DNA of 64,000 bases from Paraspadella gotoi (GCA_051294375.1 CM119266.1:22730638-22794637), one strand, 5' to 3'. Shown: positions 50,900-63,883, counted from the stretch's first letter. Notes: a model not told the origin generated them from the letters alone. Translations and numbers: made by a program.

Positions 50900-53176
50900 G
50901 AACTAATAATTAAACATGAAGTCATATTTTTAAAGGCGCTCGTTTTGTGAGGATAAGTATTTCTTCAAAGACTCAGTCATTAAAATTATCTTTAATAATA
51001 TTTACGAAAACTAACGCAAATTTTGAATTAAAAGGCATGTTTATGAAAAGAATCGGGGTAAATTTTTAAAATGAATTATGATCTAATTCACCTTAACTTT
51101 ATTATCACCTTAAATACACAAATACCTTTTTTAGCCTATCAATTAAATAATGGGAGAATAAAGTATGTATATTTGTTAAACCTCTTCATAAAATTAGTGT
51201 ATGATTTGAATTTGAGGTAAGGTGGAGAATTTTATTCGAATCTGTACTCCAGTAAAGCTTTCGCAAAGTCTTGTCCGTAGGTTGGCGGTTTTTGACCCGT
51301 GAATAGGGCGGGTCAGAGGNNNNNNNNNNNNNNNNNNNNNNNNNNNNNNNNNNNNNNNNNNNNNNNNNNNNNNNNNNNNNNNNNNNNNNNNNNNNNNNNN
51401 NNNNNNNNNNNNNNNNNNNNNNNNNNNNNNNNNNNNNNNNNNNNNNNNNNNNNNNNNNNNNNNNNNNNNNNNNNNNNNNNNNNNNNNNNNNNNNNNNNNN
51501 NNNNNNNNNNNNNNNNNNNNNNNNNNNNNNNNNNNNNNNNNNNNNNNNNNNNNNNNNNNNNACTCTGGAGAAAGGGTGAGATCATCTCTTTACTGAGAAT
51601 TGAGATTTTCTTTTGGGACAGGATGTTAAAGATGTTTCGCATACATCAAGATTAAATGAGAGGGTTTTTTTTTATAACGTTCTGGTAATAAGCAGAATTT
51701 TTCTCGGTCAGCGAAAAACGGACTCCTTTTGGCCAAAGACGAGAAGGGGTGTTGAGGATGTATCAGGTGGGGGTCTGGATTGAAAGGGTCCAGGAGTCAG
51801 GGCGTCGGGCAGAGAGGTCAAGGGGCGCGAGACGTGGGCGTCTCTGTTCCCAAACGAAGGCGGCGTCCACGTTTCTTAGGAGGCGAAGAAGGAGGAGATT
51901 CATCCGCCGCCTCNNNNNNNNNNNNNNNNNNNNNNNNNNNNNNNNNNTTTGGCCCAGAAATTCTTTCGCTTCTGCGCGTTTTGGTTCCTCGGGTCATTTA
52001 ACAATATTATTTGCTGATTATCTTTTTTCGCTCTGGTCAGTCAGTCTAGACGACACCTTTGAGACAATTATATGTGAATTTCAAATCAGTGATGTCAATA
52101 AACTTTTCAGTATCTTTCGCAAAACAAATAAAATAATCAAAAACAAGAAGTAAACAATATTTATAATATAATAAAATATAAAAATTCCAATTCTTATTTT
52201 TATAAGCTGAATGAATCTTAAAATATAGTTATTTCTTTGACGACCGTAATTATAAACCATGGATTCAATTTCAAAACTGATTAAAAATATTTTTCAAAAT
52301 GTAAAAACTTATAAATTTCCTTTTTTTCAGACATTTTCGCAAATTCCCAATCAACTCCTCTTCACAAAAATTCATCACGTCACGAACATAAAGTCCATCA
52401 ACGTTCTCGATTTATATTTATTTCCCATTGTCACGCCTTCCTTTCTCCGATTTGCTCTCTCTCTCTCTTCTCTCTCTCTTCTCTCTTCTCTCTCTCTCTC
52501 TCTCTCTCAATCTCTCATCTCTTCTACTCTCTCTCTCTCTCGTCTCTCTCCTTCTTCACAAACGCGAAAACTCTTGTTCGTTTTACGTTCGACGTGTCCC
52601 AATTTCTTTGACTTTCATGTTCATCCGGAGGATCCTTTCCCTTAACCCTCCCGCTTCTCATTATCCTCAACTACATTAATTAGTTATGCATGAAAACTTG
52701 AAGAGGAAGCAGGGAAAGAGGAAAGGGAGAAGGGAAAAGGGATGAGCGGACTGAAGTAGGATGAGGAAGGATGAGGAAGGAAGGGAGGAAGAGGTAGGAA
52801 AAGAGGAAAAGGAGGGAGGACAAAAGGATAAAGTCTAAAACTGAAGAAAACTTTTTTTGAAAAAGAATATAAACATGAAAAAGAAAAAAAATATTGTTTT
52901 TATTAAAAACCGTAATAAAACCGGATAGGGAGAAAAAAAAAGGGGGAGTCAAGGAAGCGAAGCGAAATGGCGCAGTCAAGCGCGAACAACGTTTTTGATG
53001 CTGGAGAATGACGTAGGAGAATTCGGCTTTGAAGGCCGACGAGGGAAAAGGGAGATCGGGGTGAGTGAAAGGCAAAAAAGGTAAGGAAGGGAGGAAAGAA
53101 GCGAGAGAGACTCTGATCTCGAGTCCCGGGGGCATCGAAGCCCACGAGACGGGTTTACAAATCAGCTTATGGCTCC

Positions 53177-53266
<90 letters not shown>

Positions 53267-53783
53267 TGTGTAGGTGGGCGTGGGTGAGGAAGAAACGCAA
53301 CTCGTTACTTATTCAAAGCTTCGATGGGGCAAAGGAAAGATATTCGATCCAATCTTTTTAGATGTTGTTGTTTAGTTGGCGTTTTAACGTTTATGCTTTT
53401 ATAAATGTTCTCTTTATTTATTTTACAGATGACGACCAAATTCTTCGAAGAATGTGACGTCGAAGGATCAACGAACGAAGTCATATTTTTACGAAACCTT
53501 TTTGTTTTCTATTTCGCGTTATTTAATAATATTGTGTAATTGTTTTTAAAGATTAATAAATTTAATACACACGTTTAATATTAATATTACAATTTTAGAA
53601 GGATACGAGATCTCGATTATAAATCGCATTAGTTGAACATAACAGTCAGCTCAGAAAGCTTACTTAATACTTACGTTTACGTAGTCAGGATCGTAGTATT
53701 TGTCTTTTCAATTCAGAAACGCTTTTGTGAAAGAAGTGCTCAAAAAAGGTTCTTTTTAACTATTTTGTCCATAATTCTATTTT

Positions 53784-53900
53784 ATATGAAATAGGTACAA
53801 CCAATATATAAATTATCTTTTCATTTAATAAATAATCTATAATAAGCTATCTTGCCCCTAACTTTTCTAGGTTTTTAGAGTACCTTAAATTCCATGACTC
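53784..53900 (+). repeat. Dispersed repeat family, copy 3 (diverged)
   Basis: ATATGAAATAGGTACAACCAATATATAAATTATC...CATTTAATAAATAA...TAAGCTATCTTGCCCCTAACTTT. Confidence 0.78.
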
Positions 53901-54305
53901 CTTAATAGTTTTGGCATAAATAAAAGAAAGCGATTGTAAATATTCAATCAGACATACTTCAAAATGACTCATAATATTTTGAGGTTTTTAAATATTTTAC
54001 AAAGGTATTTTGACATAATCTAATCTTTTTTTAAAAAAATTGGATAGAGAGAAAAGGGAATATGCTTGCTCTTGGTGAAAGATTGATGACACAAAATCAA
54101 GTTAATTATTTTTATCAAGACTTAAGGCGCAAACTTATTTATAATCGATGTTTTTAAATTGACTTTCATATTGTTATTTTTAAATGAAGTTAGTAAAGTA
54201 TATGTAATAAACGAGTTGAGCCTTAAATTGTAAAAAAATTTAATCCTGCATGGATTGGGATGTAATAAACATCTTTAAATATTAAAGAAAAACGTCATAC
54301 CTATC

Positions 54306-54520
54306 ATTTGTATTTGTATTTGTATTTGTATTTATTCATACAGCGGGTCCGAGGACAATGGGCCACAGTGGTTTTACAGAACACAAAGTAGATAACAGTA
54401 ATACGAACAGTAAAACGAACAGAAGGGCAATAAAAACGGGTTTTACAAAACACAGCAAATTTAGACTCGAACTGAGAGGCAACTAATCGTATTGACATAA
54501 AATATAGATTGAACATTGTT
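54306..54520 (-). mobile_element. 5'-truncated non-LTR retrotransposon (LINE/SINE) 3' end with AATAAA and (TACAAA)n tail
   Basis: The minus strand reads ...CTGTGGCCCATTGTCCTCGGACCCGCTGTATG-AATAAA-TACAAATACAAATACAAATACAAAT, preceded by a T/G-rich UTR-like stretch. Simple-repeat tails are typical of CR1/L2/RTE-type LINEs. I found no TSD or ORF, and the 5' boundary is approximate. Confidence 0.55.
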
Positions 54521-55570
54521 CAATAATAGAAATCAATCAAGCAATAAATCAATTGCTCTTTTTATGAAGGAAGAGAAAAAACAAAAAGTGACATCTTGAG
54601 GAAAAAAGAACGAGGTAAAATTTTCAAAAGAACAATAAAAATTACGAATGACACATATTTATAAATTAAAAAATCTTTATCACAAAATCGTGTAAAGTAA
54701 ACACATGGAATTGATAAATTTTATTTACTACAATTAAATAATTATTAATGGAGACAATGTTTTTATTTTATGAGTTGTCCTGTGCACAAAATTTGTCCAA
54801 ACCTAAAGAATAAAAAAGTGATAAAAAATACAAAACAGTAATCTGACTAAAATGAGACACAATACATTTGATTATTTCAAAAAATAGTGTAAATCGCATA
54901 TCAATTTTTTTACTTTCCTTGATCGAACTGCTACCATGACGTGAAAATGAAGCTTACGATAACTGAAAAAGACGACAAAAGTTGCTTATTAAACCTAAAA
55001 AAGGATGAACATAATTAAGGTAACCCAAATACGTTTACAAGAGAAATAGGAATATATAACGATTGCTTTAAATAGCGTCATGGTATTCGTAAAGTACGAA
55101 TTAAAGCTCAGTGCTACTTTGTTTTTTAAAAAAACTTTTCCACTATTCCCTATCGTTCCGAGCAAGAACTATTCTTCACCATGATCTTTTGTTCGGAGCA
55201 AAACTGAAGTACGGAGCCGGAGGACGAAGTGAAAAACTGAAAGAAAATTAGTGATATAGTTGTATAACCAAATAAATTCTAATTTTCCTATCATGAAGAG
55301 GTTTAAGAATTACAAAAACGCTAATTGAATTAAATTAATTTAGTGTTCAAGTGGCAGTGACTTAAAACATGTCTTTATTTAATGTTCTTTATTATTATTA
55401 TTACTCTTTACTTACCTATCCCTCATCACTTATTCTTCTGTTTCAATTTCAAACTCTTAAACTCATTAATTAATTTATTTTTCTTGTTACTATTAGTTTA
55501 ATTCTTAAGTTTGTTAATTTATTTCCCTTTATTCATTGTTGTACATTGCAAAAATATAAATATTCTCTTG

Positions 55571-55573
<3 letters not shown>

Positions 55574-55627
<54 letters not shown>
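55574..55627. repeat. (CT)n microsatellite
   Basis: Pure CT tract directly upstream of the ribozyme motif. Confidence 0.95.
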
Positions 55628-55630
<3 letters not shown>

Positions 55631-55689
55631 GTTGAATTGGCGCTGAAGAAGACTCATATTGTGAGTCGAAACATGTCCCTTTCACTATG
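55631..55689 (+). ncRNA. Minimal type I hammerhead ribozyme motif (Penelope-like element/retrozyme type); stem I appears decayed
   Basis: CTGAAGA (55643-49), an extra A, stem II GACTCA-TATTG-TGAGTC (55651-67), GAAA (55668-71), palindromic ACATGT mini-stem III (55671-76) and a GTC cleavage triplet (55675-77). Confidence 0.65.
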
Positions 55690-57015
55690 AAATTAAAAAG
55701 TCGTTGTTAAATCTCTCTTCAGACTTTGTTCTAAATCAAATCACAACGAAACAGAAAGGAAAAAAAACACAACGTCTTAAATTAAAATAAGCGAAAACAA
55801 GCCGATATAGTAAAATAATTATGTACTTTACATACGAACGCAACCTTTTTTTAAAATAAAGAGAAACCAATTTTACTCTGGTTTTCGAAACTTTGTTTGC
55901 ACGTTAGTATGTTGGAGTGATATATAAACATTCTCATTCTCTCACCGAAGCTAAGGACGGGAACGGGAAATCCAAACTCTTGAAAAGGCCAGTTGGCTCA
56001 AGTCTGCCTGTCAGTCTGGAGGTCAAGCGATCGATCAAATCACGTCTGGAGTTTGACGTTAGGGATCGACCCAAATCGCTTTTATCCAATACAAACTTAG
56101 CTAGAGTACAAGTTTAGTTTTCGATTAAAGAGCAAGTTTTTATTTAGATGTCACTTGACTAATTTACTTCCCGAGGCTAACAAAATAATTTTAAAAAAGT
56201 GTAAAACTTACACTTAGAAGAGGATTTGATCGATCCATTCACGAATCCCATCCATCATTGGTTTCTATCGACGAGACAGACGCAACCAACGGTCAAGTCG
56301 AACCAACAGTCAAATCCAACGACCACTCTCACAGTGACAGATGTCATTGGTTCAGTTTTACATTATTCTTCGTGAAATACAGTGTACGAGTAGTTTAATG
56401 TTTTGNNNNNNNNNNNNNNNNNNNNNNNNNTTGTGTTTTATATCAATAAAAAATTTTCAACCATGTCTAGAATGTGGATCATGAGTTTTTCCAATTTATT
56501 TATTTTTTTTAAGTTTGACATTAGAAATTAGAAAAAAAATTATTTCTTTTCTGCGCTCGACGAAAATTACTGAGTTCTTCCCTAATTAGATCGAGTTCGT
56601 CCCTAATCCAATCGTAGTGATTACAGGAAGTCGCCTCGCGGGACACCAAACGTGCACGGCCGACCGTCTCCCGTCCCTCCCTGCGCGTCCAGTAACCCTC
56701 ACGATCGATCGGTCGGGCCGCGGAATAATACGATGTGGCTAGTTCAGACGAAAGTATTATTCCGATTGGTTCAGAACAATTGGGTCGCAGTCGGATAGAT
56801 TGTGCTTATTATTTCTGAATATAATATCAGGTTAGACATGACTGCATAAGAGTACAGATAACAGGGACGCTCTTCTGGTTATCAGTCAAAAACAATAAAA
56901 ATTCAAACTGTAGACGAACAGTCGAAGCAACGAGACCGAATGACCTTTTTATTCTCGATTCCGTTCAAATTCGTCTGCGTCTCTCTCTCTCTTCTCTCTC
57001 CTCTCTCTCTCTTCT

Positions 57016-57048
<33 letters not shown>

Positions 57049-57975
57049 TCTCTCTCTCTCTCTTTCTTCTTTCGTCAGATTTTTGACGAGGGTTCAGACG
57101 AGATATGCGACGCAACGCGGACTCTGCCTGGTCTCGCTGGGCAAAAAAATCGGCAAGACACGATAACTCGGGCAAAGGGCAGAGTTGCCCGGCTAAAATC
57201 GATCGCGGTGGATCACGGTGAGTATGGATGGAGGCGAAGGGTTGTGATGGCGAAAGGGTTGGTAGAGTTGTGAGGCATTCGTGTCAAATGAGGAGGCATA
57301 TGGTTGACTTTCCCTTCACTATCTCGACGTGATTGCGTTCAAGCCGCGACTCCAGCGCGGACTTTCCTCGGCGGCGGAGTAAGTTCGCTCCTGATTTCGC
57401 TCTTACTTCGCCGCGAAGAAGTAGGTTTCTTCCTTCTCTCTTCTGTTTTCGGCTCCTCTTTCGATCCTCATTCGCGGGTTCTAAACTCTCGGATTTCGGC
57501 GAGATATTTATGAGTTTCTCAGTTTGAGGGGGAAAACTAACTTGTGGTGGGTTATTGTGGAATTTACTTTGTGAAGATTGGTACTTAAAAAAACGTTACT
57601 TTTGTAATGATGAACTACACTTTTACCAAAGCAAACGGAGACTTAGAGATCACTTGTTATTATTTCTATTCCTTACTTTAAAAAAAACTTTGAACGTCTT
57701 GAAATTTTTTTTTAATTTTTTTTTCAAATTAAAAAGTTTAAAATAATATTCATGAAAAAAAAAAATATCAAGTGGATTTTTTCATTAATCTTTAAATAAT
57801 AATTTATGCTTAACCTTTATCGCTTACTTTCTCTTCGCACGGTTGACTCTGGTGCAAGGTTTTACACTGCTCTTTTGTCTGGGAATGCTGAATATGTTTA
57901 GAGAAAAAAGCTCACAGGACTAAAAGTAAATCAAAAGTTTCTTCTAATAAATGTCCATCCAGACTGCTTTATATA

Positions 57976-58920
57976 CAGTGTGTCCTAATGGTACAGTCTG
58001 TTATAGAAAAGCCTACTTGATCCTATACTAGATCGAAATAACTAATTCATTATAATGATTGCGTCACAATTGAGTAGACGCATTTATAGGATACGCTAAA
58101 TTTTTAAAAATATGATTATAAAGCAAACTTCTGTAGTTATTACATAAGCAATTGTAAAGGAAAAAATAATATATTTTTTAATTATTTTTCAAATATTTTT
58201 ATAAACTTTGGTTTAAATAATGTTTTAATATTTCTTTAGACAGGACAGTAAGAATACCTCAATCTATTTCTCCACGCTCCGCACGAAGGATATATATGGA
58301 CGTCGGCACGCCTATCATAATAGTTTTAAGCATTAATGTCTTCATACCTTATTATTATTACTGTTTTTAACTTGATTTAATACATAACTGTTACACTCCT
58401 ACCAATAAATAAGCAACCCAATTGTTCTATGTGCTTAATGATTCAATCGCTCACAACTTCACAATAATAAAATAATAGAAATTAATGTAGCATGTCTCTC
58501 TCTCATCTTCTTCAAATTTTTGCTATATTTGTTTATTTCCTTTTACTCTTCTTTTTATTAATTGACCATTTATTGTATACAAGATTAAAATTTCAAATGA
58601 TCATACTATACTTATTCTTAAATTTTTATAATATAAGTTTTCGCTATGTAGGAGAATAAATACGTCTAGTTTTAAAGTAAACAATTCAGTAGGTATATTT
58701 CAAAATTAAAAGTGAGAAAATGAAGGACAGCTCGTAACAATTAGAATGTTTCCTTCAAAAATTAAGTTGATATAAATTGATTTGAACACCGATGAGTATC
58801 ATAAAATGTAAGATTATCTTTGAACATTGTTTATCTTAGAATATAACAATTTATTAATCTACAGTTTCCTCGTCGCACAATTATGTAAAAGTTACCGACA
58901 GTACCATTGGGGACACACTG
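57976..58920. mobile_element. 945-bp non-autonomous Tc1/mariner-type element (~27-bp TIRs, TA TSD)
   Basis: Left end TA|CAGTGTGTCCTAATGGTACAGTCTGTTA; right end TTACCGACAGTACCATTGGGGACACACTG|TA. No transposase ORF lies inside. Confidence 0.85.
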
Positions 58921-59173
58921 TAGTTATGTATGGGTAACACTGCTGGTAAGTTCTTTTACTATTAAAATTATAAATTACTAATTGACTTTCATTCATATAT
59001 TCCGACTCAGCTTTTGTACATTAGTTAATTGGATGAAATAACTAAAAAGCAAGTATTAAAAGAGATTACATTATTATTGCCAATATTGACATGAATTTTT
59101 TTTTTAAATTTGTTTATAGACTTTTTTAATATTTTTCAAGCAGATAAAATTTGACAAAATATATTTACCTTGA

Positions 59174-59235
59174 ATATAAAAGTAGTACAAACCAATATAA
59201 AATATCCATTCATTTGATAAATCTCTATAATAAAC
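59174..59235 (+). repeat. Dispersed repeat family, copy 4 (short, diverged)
   Basis: ATATAAAAGTAGTACAAACCAATATAAAATATCCATTCATTTGATAAATCTCTATAATAA. Confidence 0.65.
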
Positions 59236-60775
59236 TTTTATGTTATTATAAGAGAATATTGTAAAAGAGTGAAAGCAAAAACTAAGAGAAACTATAGTGA
59301 TGAAGAGTAGAGAAGTAGACTATTTGCAGTCGCGGGTAATCACGTCTGCTGCGCATATGTCGCAACACTGCGCTAGCCGGCGTGAAAAACGTGAATGAGT
59401 CGCGAGATAACCCAAAGAATTCCTCATCTCTTATTACTGAATTCCTCCTTGAGAGAGAGAGAGAGAGTTTCGGAATGGAGGAGGAGGTTGCCTCTCTGCA
59501 AATCTCCTTCGCGCCGTCGGAGAGGGGGAGTGGAGTTCGAGAATGGGAGCCTCGTAAAAAATGGCGGTTCGGCCAATTGATTTTATGTTCTGCTCATTTT
59601 CCGTCGTCTTCGTCGTCGTCGTCGTCGTCGTCGTCGATTGCGACTCGAAAACGTGATGAAGCTTTTAAACGACGATCAACTAACGTTTCGGACTCAATCA
59701 ACAGTGAGAACTGACCGATTACGCCTGCCCCCGCGAGGAAGGGGGGCGGGCGGGTTGTGGTGGACAAAAGGGATGGATGGTGAAACGTTTATTGGTTTTC
59801 ATTTTTAAGATCGTTAGGGAGATTGTAAATAAATTATCGTTTATTAGGTGTCGTCGATTGGCACCGTCTCTCTCTCTATATCTCTGCCTCTTTTTTACAC
59901 ACACACACACTCTCTCTCTCTCTCACTTTAAAAGAAAAAAGAGAGAAGCTCCTCTCTTTCTCCTGGCAAACCCCGATGCCGAGGAATCCGCTTTCCCTTC
60001 GCGTATGTGCGCTCCGAGGAAAATGGAAACAAAAGGCCCCTCCCTCCTTTGATTTATGGGCAGCGATAAAAAAAGAAAGAAATAACATACACCCTTGAGA
60101 GAGAGAGAAGAGAACAGAGGAGAGAGAGAGAGAGAGATGAGAGAGAGAGACGAGAGAGGAGAGAAGAGAGATTGATGATGAAGAGAGAGAGATTAGATGG
60201 AATGGGAAAAAAAACGGAGATAGGTAATAAAGCGGAAAAAGTTCGCGAAAAAAAAAAGAAAGAAAAAAAAAAAGAAATCTGTAGGGAGGAATAAAGAAAA
60301 TCTCTTTCTCCCTCCCACACTACTTTCCATCAACCTAACCCCCTGCCCCCCTCGCGCCGACCCCAGGGGCGACGGCCATAACGAGAGTCCATCTAAAAAC
60401 CATAAAAAGAATCAGCTGATTTCGCTACGACCCTCATTGTAGCCCCCGCGAGGCCCGCGAGAGGCGGAGGGGTGGGAGAATTGGAATCGCCCGTCCGGGG
60501 ACGGAGCGGTGGGGGCGGGTGAGTTGGAGGAGGGAATGACTTTATGGTGGGTTCTAGTAGTGTGCTTGGGTCGGACAAAGAACCGGTTCCAGTTGACCTG
60601 GAATGGCGAATGTTAAAGTTCGAAAAAAATTGGGCATAAAGACCGAGGTAAGGTTAGGTAATTTAGGGGGAAACCGAAACAGTGACATAGTGACAGAGAT
60701 AGAGAGATAGAGAGAGTGGGGTTCGTGATAGGAGAGCGAAGGCATAAAAACGCCCATAAATTCGTCGAGGCGACG

Positions 60776-60836
60776 ACGGGCGTCGGGAGGCGAGAGAGAA
60801 ATAAATCTACGGGCGTCGGAAGGCGGGAAAGAAAAT
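60776..60836. repeat. 33-bp tandem duplication
   Basis: ACGGGCGTCGGGAGGCGAGAGAGAAA and ACGGGCGTCGGAAGGCGGGAAAGAAA, 33 bp apart. Confidence 0.75.
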
Positions 60837-61264
60837 CCTGAAAATTGGGATGAAACTTCCGGTTCGTTGGGTGAAGACTTCGACGCACGACGACGACGAT
60901 TCCCCTCGAAACAGATTTTTATTTAAAAAAATCCATATTTATATCAATAAAGATGAATTTAACACGAAACAACCGAGAATCGACACCTTTTATTTTCTTA
61001 CTGCTGCTGTTGCAGGCCATAAATCTCCCAAGTTCCCGTGCGCGCTCGCCATCTATGAAGAGGATGACGAATTACTCCGAGAGGCCGAGACCGAAAGCTT
61101 GGGCTCCTCCTCATCTTCCTCCTCTTCTTACGAAGCCCCTTCCTCTTCCTCATCTGTTCCTCCGCCGTTCGTCTCTTCTTCTTCCTCCTCCTTTCCTTCC
61201 TTCTCCTCCTCATCTTTGTCCCGTGCGTTTTGGAGCGACGGGAACTCACGACATGGTGATGCAT

Positions 61265-61267
<3 letters not shown>

Positions 61268-61322
<55 letters not shown>
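61268..61322. repeat. (AG)n microsatellite
   Basis: Pure AG tract. Confidence 0.95.
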
Positions 61323-61325
<3 letters not shown>

Positions 61326-62105
61326 GGAATTTAAAATTGTGCTTTGAGGCGTCAGCGAGTCGTAGGTTTAAGCAGAACAGTAAAAATGATAAGTTTACTT
61401 TTCAAATATTTCGATTAGATGGTTTAGAGTTTTTCCGAGCCGATTTATAATAATTTATTCGCGATTGTTTTTAAAATTTACATTTAAGTACGTAAATACG
61501 TACTGCTGAAAAGAGTTTAAATTCCAAGCAAAATTCATAGTTTACGTACAGATAATATAATATATATATAATAAGAAAACTTAGAGATTTAATTGTAGTT
61601 GTAGAAAGCGTTGGAGTAAGTTTTAAAAAAGTGATTTCTTTCACGGATTTTTCTCATTGTTTCTAGCATAGAAAAACAGTAAACGCTGGTGCCATCGTTT
61701 ATCCGAAGTCCGTGGCATAATAAACAGAAAACGTATTTACCTATTTCAACCGATCCCAAAAATTATTCTTAAATCGAATTAGGAATTAGGTTTGGCTATC
61801 ACTATCACTAATTCGAGAGATAATTTAAAAAGTTGCAAATCATAAATCAAGGTAATGCCAGAAATAAGCCAACATTTACGCATGCACTGACGCACTGACA
61901 TTTCATCTGAACCATGTACATGTAAATACTGAATAAGTACTAGTTGTTCTTTGAACGCCATCCCTGTGAGCCGTGTAACCTTGAAGTCAGTTTCACTCGT
62001 CCTTGAAAAATTTACGAGGTGCCTCTTCTCATTATAACATAATTCATATTATAAAACTCTTATTTTCATTCAAGTCATTGTCCACGTGATTTATTCCGTT
62101 TCTTT

Positions 62106-62145
<40 letters not shown>

Positions 62146-62154
62146 ATTCTCTCA

Positions 62155-62204
<50 letters not shown>

Positions 62205-62360
62205 TTCTCTCTGTTTCAATTGGAAATCCTTTGTTTTTTCCCCCTGCGCACCTCATTCTCTTTTTTTCCTTTCTTTGTTCCCCGTCCCTTTGTACCCGAT
62301 TCCATCATTCGCGTAGGGAGAGGGAGTGCGAGAGAGAGATATAGAAGGAGATATACGTAA

Positions 62361-62479
<119 letters not shown>

Positions 62480-63248
62480 AAGCACAGGAGAAAATGAAAG
62501 AGAGCGCAAAAGAGACTTATTCTTGAAGCTTTGCACGAACCTGAATTAAATATTCATTCTTGCATATCTTTTTTTCCATCTTAGCTTTTTTTCATCTTAC
62601 TCTTTTTTTTTCTCTCTCTTTCTCCCTCTCTCTCTCTCTCCTGCGAATACGAAAAGAAATTCCCCTCTTTTTATCTTTTTTAAATATTTCATTTTTCCAA
62701 TTGAAAGAAATTTTTTTTTATATTTCCACATTTTCTTTTTCTTTCTTTTTCATTCCATGGGCGACCAGCAAACGTTTTAACTGAGTTAAATTGAAATGGC
62801 ACCAGACACACGAAACACACACACACACATCACACATCGTAATTCAATTCGTTTGTGTCTTCGATGCAGATATAAACAGATATGTTTGAAATATCAGGCG
62901 GATATAATAATTGTAAAACGATAATCAGTAATAAGTCGAAAGTTTAAGTACTAATTACTTAGGATATAATATAGTTTATAGTTTATATAATTTAGTCAAT
63001 TACATAACTGGACTAAAGCGACTAAAGCGAGAAAACAAAGTAAATGAGAACGAAAAAAGAGAATTTTTTTTATTTTTTTGTTCGCGCAAAAAAAAGGAAT
63101 AATAAAAAACGTGAAGAGACGAAGCCGCCGCCGCTGCCGCTGTCGCCGCCGCCGCCGAAGCGCCGCCACAGGTTTGACAAGGGGGCGCTGTGGCGATGAC
63201 AAATTGCAAAGTTTCATTTATCACAAAAACGAGAGAGCAAGAGAAGGA

Positions 63249-63364
<116 letters not shown>

Positions 63365-63708
63365 GACAGAGAGGGAGGAAGACTGCGCAAAAAAAAGGAT
63401 AGGAATCGTGTGGCAGGAAACGGGAATTTCATTAACGAATTTTCTCTTTCTTTCTTTCCACTCCAAGGTGGTTCCATGGTGCACCTGATTCCCTTCGTGA
63501 CCTCCTCATGGCGCGAAACCCTCGACTCGCTCTCTCTCTCTTTCTGTCTGATCTTTTCTCTCACGACTTTCCTCTCTGTCTCACTCCCCCCTTTTTTTCA
63601 TCCTCTTCCTCCACCTTCTTCCATTCAATCTTGCGGTGATGTCAATTTGGCATTTGCCCATTTTTCAAACTCCCTGTCTCTCTCCTTTAATTCCGATCTG
63701 GATTTGGG

Positions 63709-63737
63709 GTAAAAGAGTAAAAGAGTAAAAGAGTAAA
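63709..63737. repeat. 8-bp tandem repeat (GTAAAAGA) x3.5
   Basis: GTAAAAGAGTAAAAGAGTAAAAGAGTAAA. Confidence 0.85.
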
Positions 63738-63883
63738 GACACTTCCGCTCTTTCTTATCTTCGAACCGAAATAAAAAAAGACTTTCCTCAAATTTAAAAT
63801 TCTGTAAAAAGAATTTTTAGTTAAATTTTAAATTTTAAATTTTTTGTTTTAAATTGACGTTTCTTTTTAAAGTCCTTCACACA

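Noticed and set aside
56330-56360. TGACAGATGTCA palindrome plus TCAGTT, reminiscent of a transposon 5' region or core promoter
   Set aside because: No TIR or transposase was found, it lies ~45 bp from a 25-N gap, and it is too short to support.
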